This document shows, one piece after another, positions 46,148-52,388 of a DNA stretch of 52,388 bases. A model generated the notes under the pieces. The model did no database searches, had not been told where the DNA came from, and was given only the letters and a program-made list of their open reading frames with translations. The translations under genes and the position numbers were made by a program. Source of the stretch: Hyphochytrium catenoides (lineage: Eukaryota; Protista; Hyphochytriomycota). Position 1 is the stretch's first letter, and each line of letters begins with the position of its first letter. Location of the stretch: positions 1 to 52,388 of the forward strand of contig FLMG01002770.1 of the NCBI GenBank assembly GCA_900088475.1, in the 5' to 3' direction.

Positions 46148-47566
46148 CTTTTCTTTGCTCCTCCGACAAATCGAAGGGCCCCCAGTCGTCTTTCCGCTAC
46201 CTCAATCAATGTAAAAATGCGATACTCTATTCCTCCGAGTGAACTTTCCCTTGCTTCCCACACTCTTTCTCTACCTTCTATGACAGTAGCTGCACGTATC
46301 ACAGAAGCTCTCGCTCTCAGAATCTCCGCAGCGACGCCGTGTCGACTGACAGAGTTAGATGTGGCCTATGACAGAAGAAGAAAAGTGGCAATGACGGCAA
46401 TGTGCCTTCTTCTTGGTGGTTAGACAGGCAGCGGATGAGAAGCGGAAGAGTGGAAGAGCCACAGTCTCCTCCACACTTCCCTTCTTTGATCCGTGTCTTC
46501 AATTTTTCACTGACATGTTTCCTTCAAGAGTTTGAATGTTTCCGCTGCCATGATCCTTTATCCTCTTCATAACCTTGGACAGCTGATAGTTTCAAGACCT
46601 TGTGCGTAGCTGAAACCTTCCCGGGTGTTGTTAGTGAAGGGATGTGATGAGAAGTTGAACTTCATCAAAACGGGCAGAGCTGCTCAACATCATCTGAGCG
46701 GAGCCTCAGTCATCAAGTGCCAGGAGGATGCACTGAAAGGCCTTCTGTTGATGGGAGGAGGAGCAGCAGAGGATGGCACCAAGTTAGTAGGAGCTCGTGT
46801 AGACCGAATGAAGGAGCATCAGACGCCTACGGCCTCCGTTGAGCAGAGGACACTACTGGCATTGTATGCTTGGTGAATATCTGGAGGTTATGAAATTGCG
46901 GTGGCGAAGCCAGGCTTGCCGCTCCTACGCATAGGGATAGTGATCCAAGCAGACAACTGACGCGTATATATCCCAGACGAAGGTAAGCTTCCTAGCGTCG
47001 ATAGGGTGGGTTATCTATCCCAAGAGAGCTCAGAAGCCCGAGAGCTATCATTCATCGAAAAATAGGGCTGAGTCCAACGCTATCCATCTCTGAACTTAAG
47101 AACCTAATCGTCTACCAGAGTCTTGCATGCATGCTGATGGTTTGCCACACACTATTTCGTGTAAGGACTTGACCTTCTCCATAACTGTTGGTGGGTTTAG
47201 CGAGAGAGGGAGCCGCCGGTTAGCAATGAGAGCTGACGAGGTCAGCAAAAGAGACTCAGAAAGGTCTGGCAGAGGACACGATTGATGCTGCACCCTTAGT
47301 GCTAACTTCCGCAATCATAACTCTCTTCAGTGCCTAGACTGAGAAGAAGAAGAACAGCTTTAGCTTATCCAAATTATGGATGACAGGTTTGCCGTTAAAA
47401 TTACTAGTCCCTGCCCCAAAGCAGGGGGATGCACCTGGAAGCGTGATAGTTCAGGAGGGCTGAATGTAGGCGTATGCCAGTTTTTAAGTGAAAGTGAAGA
47501 GGCATCCTGCTGCTGCTAGCTGCCCAAGGCTCTGCACATATCTCTGTTATGGCACGAGTAGGATCA

Positions 47567-48043
47567 CTACTCCAACGCAGGTGCCTCGTTCCCTGTTGCG
47601 AGCTGACGAAGTACAGCCATGGCTCTGTTTGCATCGCCGATGGGCACAAAAATGTGATCATGATAGAAGGCAGCGACCACATTGCAGCTGATGTTTGCAC
47701 CAGCCAGGGCGTTAGCAAAGGCTGCTGTTAGGCCGCAGGCCTCGAGAGATGAGTGAACGGTCAGAGTGATCCATCCCGCTATGAAGGTATAAGACAGACC
47801 ACGTGTGTCGGCAAATTCTCGGCTAACTATCACTGTTAGGCCCTGTTTCTCCCTAAACATGCCCACCACATCTTTCCCCAGAGAGCTCCAGTCGTTGAAA
47901 GGCTCTTGTTCTGCGACGGGTGTCCCAAGGCTGCAGAAGACATACTCCCCTTCCACCAGTTCTGGGCTCATGGACTGCAGCAGAACATTGAGATCAGTCT
48001 CTCCGCTACTATTATGATGGCGAGCTTCTCCTGCGGGTTCCAT
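47567..48043 (-). CDS. Intronless tandem-ACT-domain protein (DUF2241/COG3602-like: ACT_3 + ACT_7)
   Basis: SGETDLNVLLQSMSPELVEGEYVFC, FREKQGLTVI and WITLTVHSSLEACGLTAAFANALAGANISCNVVAAFYHDHIFVP are hallmark motifs of this family. The in-frame ATG at 48043 gives 158 aa. Confidence 0.88.
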   Translation of the reverse strand: MEPAGEARHHNSSGETDLNVLLQSMSPELVEGEYVFCSLGTPVAEQEPFNDWSSLGKDVVGMFREKQGLTVIVSREFADTRGLSYTFIAGWITLTVHSSLEACGLTAAFANALAGANISCNVVAAFYHDHIFVPIGDANRAMAVLRQLATGNEAPALE

Positions 48044-49865
48044 TTCTCCAGCTCGTTTCTGAGCGCTCTGGTGGACATAAGAGTCTAGAAGGACCAGGTA
48101 ATCTCGATGGGAAGAGGCTCGTCTGCAAGACAGAGTACTTCCTTGTTGGGGCACCGAGACACCTGCAGCTGTGATGACGAACGACAAGCAGCTGTAGAGC
48201 CACTTTTATGGGATCTCTCAGGACTGATCAGCCATCCTGTCATCATCAGCCATCGGTCATGAGGACGCTTTCCTTTTGTTGAGTCCTTTCTATTGCACTG
48301 TCATTTGACTCTTCATCACTTGAGGAATAACTCGTTCAACAGGGCCCAATCACTACCTCGAGATCTCGAGGAATCGTTCCCAAAGAGTCAGATACCAGCA
48401 ATCTTCAGAACGGAGGTGACCGTTGACGGCACTTATTGCCGCAGATTTTGTACAGTACAAATCCATCGCTTGCATAGCTCGGAGTTCTCTGGTAAGAAAC
48501 TGCAGCAGAAGAGATGTGATGTGAGGATGCGGATTCTGTTCAACTTCTTGGTTGATGTGAAACGAAGCTCTCTCATCAGCTGCTCTCGTCTATTTTTGAT
48601 AGCGATGGAAGGACTTATTGCGACAGCCCATTGCTAGTAGTTCTCGAGGCCCGGTGTCCTTATAGGAGAGGATCTGATCTCTGGCCTAGCTCTTCTCGTT
48701 ATGCATCGAGGATCCTTCTGGTACCCGGCAGCAAGCTGTCAGAACCGGTCGTTGTTTGGAGCTAGAGATGGCGCTTGAGAAGAGGATTAGCGTCCATAGA
48801 GGGGCTTATAGACATATACGGCAGCTCATAGCGCTCGACATTATCTACGGGAGGTCATCCTCAGCCTCCTACTATTCCCAACAACACTCCTAGGTAACAG
48901 CGCGAGTGGTGTGATTGCACCTTGTGGGAGATCCTTCATCTGGAGAAAAGGTTCTTGTAGCATAAAGAGTGGTATCTGGCAGTAGTAGGGTAAGATCTTC
49001 CTTGACGGCATTCGTATGACCACCCAGCGGCGATGATAAGCTCATCAAGTAAGGGCAAGGACGATGGGGATGGCCCCCATTCCTCATATTTGTTGAAGAA
49101 CAACGGCAAAGGGCACGTATGCTCCCCCTATGAGAAAAGCTCTGGTGGTGGAAACGGGATAGATTACCGCTATACTTCGAGCCGATGCGTGAGAGTCGAT
49201 CGCCATCGGGTGGGCAACCTCCTGAAGAAAGATAACCTGCTAAAGGGAACCTACTACGGACCTCACAAAGTAACTATGGACAGCTCCACTCATGACAAAG
49301 TTAGATACTCATGTTTTCAGAAGAGCCTTACGGCAGACAGCAGAAAGCCTGGTGGTCCTAGTTCCTCTTTTCTCTTTCTTCTCTATTGAAAACGTGGGGA
49401 TATATTCTATCACCCTCGAGCTCCTGGTAGGGCAGCGCGCCTTCGGTCTAGGGTCGAATAAAAATAATCGCAGTGTCCTTGATCAAAAGAAGAAATGGAC
49501 AGAGAGTTTCTCCTTTCTTCAGATGAGGAAAGTAGGTGGAACGAAGGTTATTATGTGAGGGCTTTCTTCCTTTTCTTTCTCGCCTTATACTCCAGGATCG
49601 GATCTTGTCCGTTCCTAGGATGCTCCTTCCTCGTTCGTCAATGCTATGAGTTTGTGTTATTACTAGTGTAATTGTGTTATTACTAGTGTACTCTGAGTCG
49701 TAAAGGGTCATCCTCACCACCGCAGCTACTCTTGCCCTTTGCAAGCAACAGCTGTATTTCTCACACCTATGTGCTAGGTTATAATGAGGTCGCAGGAAAC
49801 TAACTGCATTGTGCTACTGTTTGCTAGGTAAGTGAACTAGTGACAAGGAAGAGTGTAGCAGCATT

Positions 49866-51140
49866 CTACTTATGGACGGGATTTTTGTCTGGCCCCTCTC
49901 CAGGTATTGGCTGGATACGTGTTGGGGAGTGAGAGTGTTCGTTGGAGGAAGAAGGAGTTGCGAACTGCATGACTATGAGGTTGCTCTTTAGAAAAAAGCA
50001 GTCATCGGGGTATTTGAATGCCAGGTAGGTCGTCTGGACTATGAATGTCCAGAGGATGAAACCCTGACCCAAACATAACTCCAGTGGAGACAGACTAAAC
50101 CTGTAAGAGCTGGGAATACCGTTACTACGTGCTTCCGACGCCTGCTGTGTATCGTCTACTAGCCCCTGATATAGGTCAAACCGATAGAAGCACATGTTTG
50201 GCCAGAAACGGAGATAAAGTAGTAGCAGGTAGATCGGCAGGAGGACTGATAAACCCATTAGTGCCGTCTTTTTTAGGCCCCTTTCTTTCCGAAGGGTGAC
50301 GGGATATGCGTCACAGAAGATCACCAATACTGCTAGATTCAGAACCGTGAAACAGGCAAAGACCAGACCAGCTGACGTGAAGCAGTATGTCCCTACTAGT
50401 CCGAGCGCAAAGAGGCAAGCTTCTAGCAGGAAGAGGATGGCCTCAAAAGTTTTCAGAGTTCGTCGCAATAACGCTAAGTTGAGACACGCTGCTTGGTTTA
50501 GAAGGAAGAATAATGTGGTCAGGGCATAGCAGATCGCAAGCAGAAGACGACCTTTCTCCGAGACGCTCTGGAGCACAAGGCCAGCTAATAGGGAGGAAGC
50601 ATTCAGGAGATCGGAGCCCAGGATCAGCCATTTGCTTCGCAGCAAGCCTTCATGCCTCCTCCACCAGTCAAGAAAGAACCTGCCACCCATTGCCTCCATC
50701 AAAGTCCGATCTCTCTCCGCGAGAGTGAGCTCCACATAGAAGTCTACGGCCCTCAATGCCCTTATCCTTTCACTGAGCACTCGTTGAGGGTTTGCTTCTT
50801 CTTTATCATCTCTAAAGCAGGGCTTAGGAGCATCTAGCGGCCTAAGTGGATTACCGTTGCTGCTGATGGGGAAAGAATCCAAGCAACTTATCGTGTTGAG
50901 CGTGGTATCAATGTAATCCCGTGCTTCCATGAGTGACTTTATGGAACCACTATCCAGTGCCGGTGTGCCAGGAGATTTTTTCTCCTGTAGGTGTTTGATA
51001 AGCCCTCGGCAGATACTGACTGTCGTACCACCACCAGCTTCTTCGAGGAGCTGTCGGTGAGTCATTTCGTAAGGTTGCTCTTGGCCTCTACCGAGCGTCA
51101 TATAGTAGGGTCCGTAGTAGCCCCAATTCTGACTATGCAA
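49866..51140 (-). CDS. Unknown multi-pass membrane protein (long single exon; true start may lie in an upstream exon)
   Basis: 424-codon ORF with a soluble N-terminal ~165 aa followed by about 6 hydrophobic segments. The ORF begins at a TTG near a possible acceptor (TTGCATAG). Confidence 0.7.
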   Translation of the reverse strand: MHSQNWGYYGPYYMTLGRGQEQPYEMTHRQLLEEAGGGTTVSICRGLIKHLQEKKSPGTPALDSGSIKSLMEARDYIDTTLNTISCLDSFPISSNGNPLRPLDAPKPCFRDDKEEANPQRVLSERIRALRAVDFYVELTLAERDRTLMEAMGGRFFLDWWRRHEGLLRSKWLILGSDLLNASSLLAGLVLQSVSEKGRLLLAICYALTTLFFLLNQAACLNLALLRRTLKTFEAILFLLEACLFALGLVGTYCFTSAGLVFACFTVLNLAVLVIFCDAYPVTLRKERGLKKTALMGLSVLLPIYLLLLYLRFWPNMCFYRFDLYQGLVDDTQQASEARSNGIPSSYRFSLSPLELCLGQGFILWTFIVQTTYLAFKYPDDCFFLKSNLIVMQFATPSSSNEHSHSPTRIQPIPGEGPDKNPVHK

Positions 51141-52222
51141 GCCGTAGTACTAATGAGGAGAAGAACGAATAGGAGAAGAACCTAGAGAAGATGGAGACCT
51201 AGATGTACTCGCCACCAGCTGCGGCTCAGTATTCGGCTCAGTGAAGCTTAACAACCTATGCCGTCAATAGTAGGTCACAAGAGCCTCCAATAGCAGGAGC
51301 TTCTTGGTTGCTTTGCTCCGACGTAGTAGCATAACAAGTGAAGGAGGATTCCTCTCTTGAATAGCTGACGTCTTTGATAGAACCTCCTTGTTATTAATAG
51401 CTCCGGGAGGAGGAGGAGGAAAGAAAGCACTAGGTTGTCTCTCACTTACCGCCTTGATGATCTTCTGGTGGTGGCGGGAGGTACTACTACTCAATATGAT
51501 CACCATCATCGCCCAGCGAGGACGCTAAACTGTACAGGAACCCTGGTGCAGAGGCATTAAAGAGGCTCTCCTCTCCCGCCACCGTCCACCATCCGCCGAC
51601 ACATCACGCCCCCTCCCCTCCCCTCCGTGAATAATAACCTGATGTCCTCTTTGACGACGAGTAACGCCAAGCAGACCTTGTCAATCAGGAACTAACAATC
51701 ACCGTTGTTGCTGGGTGGACTGCTCGCAGCTGCTGCTTCTTCTTCGGTGTACAGTTGTACAAGAGAAGGTGGAAATGATGGATAATGTGCTATGATGATG
51801 ATACAAAGGAGAGAAGAAGAAGCAGCAGAAAGAAGTCATCATCAGGCAATAGAAGTTTCTAACGACAGCTCAGGGCGCCATCTGGGGTCCGCCCTGCTGC
51901 TGCCTGTCTATCGTGTAACGGACTCAAGGGTTTCAACCTAGCGTTAACGGCCCTATAGTGCGGAGGCACTGTGGCTCAAAGAACATATTCCTCTTGAGCA
52001 GTGGGACCCTTCTCTTTCTCACCTACTGCCTCGCGGCGTTTGAAGTTGATGATGACGACACCGTGGTCGATGGTTCACCTCCTCCTCCTGCTTCTCCCCT
52101 TATTATTACTGATGAAGGAGATCAATTATGATTCTTCCTTTTTTACTGATGATGAGCGGGGAAGAGATCAGGTTGAGGAGGACGAGACCAACAAGGCATC
52201 GTTGTAGCTTTCCTTGTTTCTT

Positions 52223-52287
52223 TTCTTCTTCTTCTTCTTCTTCTTCTTCTTCTTCTTCTTCTTCTTCTTCTTCTTCTTCTTCTTCTT
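52223..52287. repeat. (CTT)n microsatellite
   Basis: About 21 TTC units. Confidence 0.96.
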
Positions 52288-52388
52288 TCTTTCTTCTCTT
52301 CTTATTCTTCTTCATCTTTTACTTCTTCTCTTTTTCACTCCTTAAAAAATCAATCCTTTGTTGCGTGGTGTGTGAGGAGGGTGCGGCG

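Noticed and set aside
46450-47400. Decayed retroelement or gene between the dehydratase and ACT genes
   Set aside because: All frames are interrupted, and no RT, integrase or transposase motif was seen.
48700-49560. Possible small plus-strand multi-exon gene
   Set aside because: Some GT/AG-bounded segments exist, but I could not assemble a consistent stop-free model or recognise a domain.
52106-52315. Poly-Glu/Lys ORF
   Set aside because: Translation of a (CTT)n microsatellite with no other coding evidence.

Overview
Gene-dense eukaryotic nuclear DNA with many short GT-AG introns (CTRAY/CTGAT branch points; CAG, TAG and AAG acceptors). A stramenopile-like protist is my inference and cannot be proven from the window. 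The first ~13.3 kb is a dynamic accessory locus holding an array of bacterial-type (MshD-like, tandem-GNAT) acetyltransferase genes: one partial copy, three intact copies sharing one intron position, and one pseudogene. The array was built by tandem and nested inverted duplications that also copied part of a neighbouring gene for a putatively N-myristoylated ankyrin protein, with reciprocal pseudogenisation between the two arms. The rest is mostly housekeeping genes: importin-11, organellar IF-2, a TH1-tail (class I-type) myosin, PDE12, DTD1 and DPH4. It also contains a fused large+small-subunit aconitase-family dehydratase next to an intronless ACT/DUF2241-type gene, several unknown proteins, microsatellites, a degenerate ~30-bp minisatellite and small inverted repeats. 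Exon boundaries were read by eye, and six N-gaps limit certainty.
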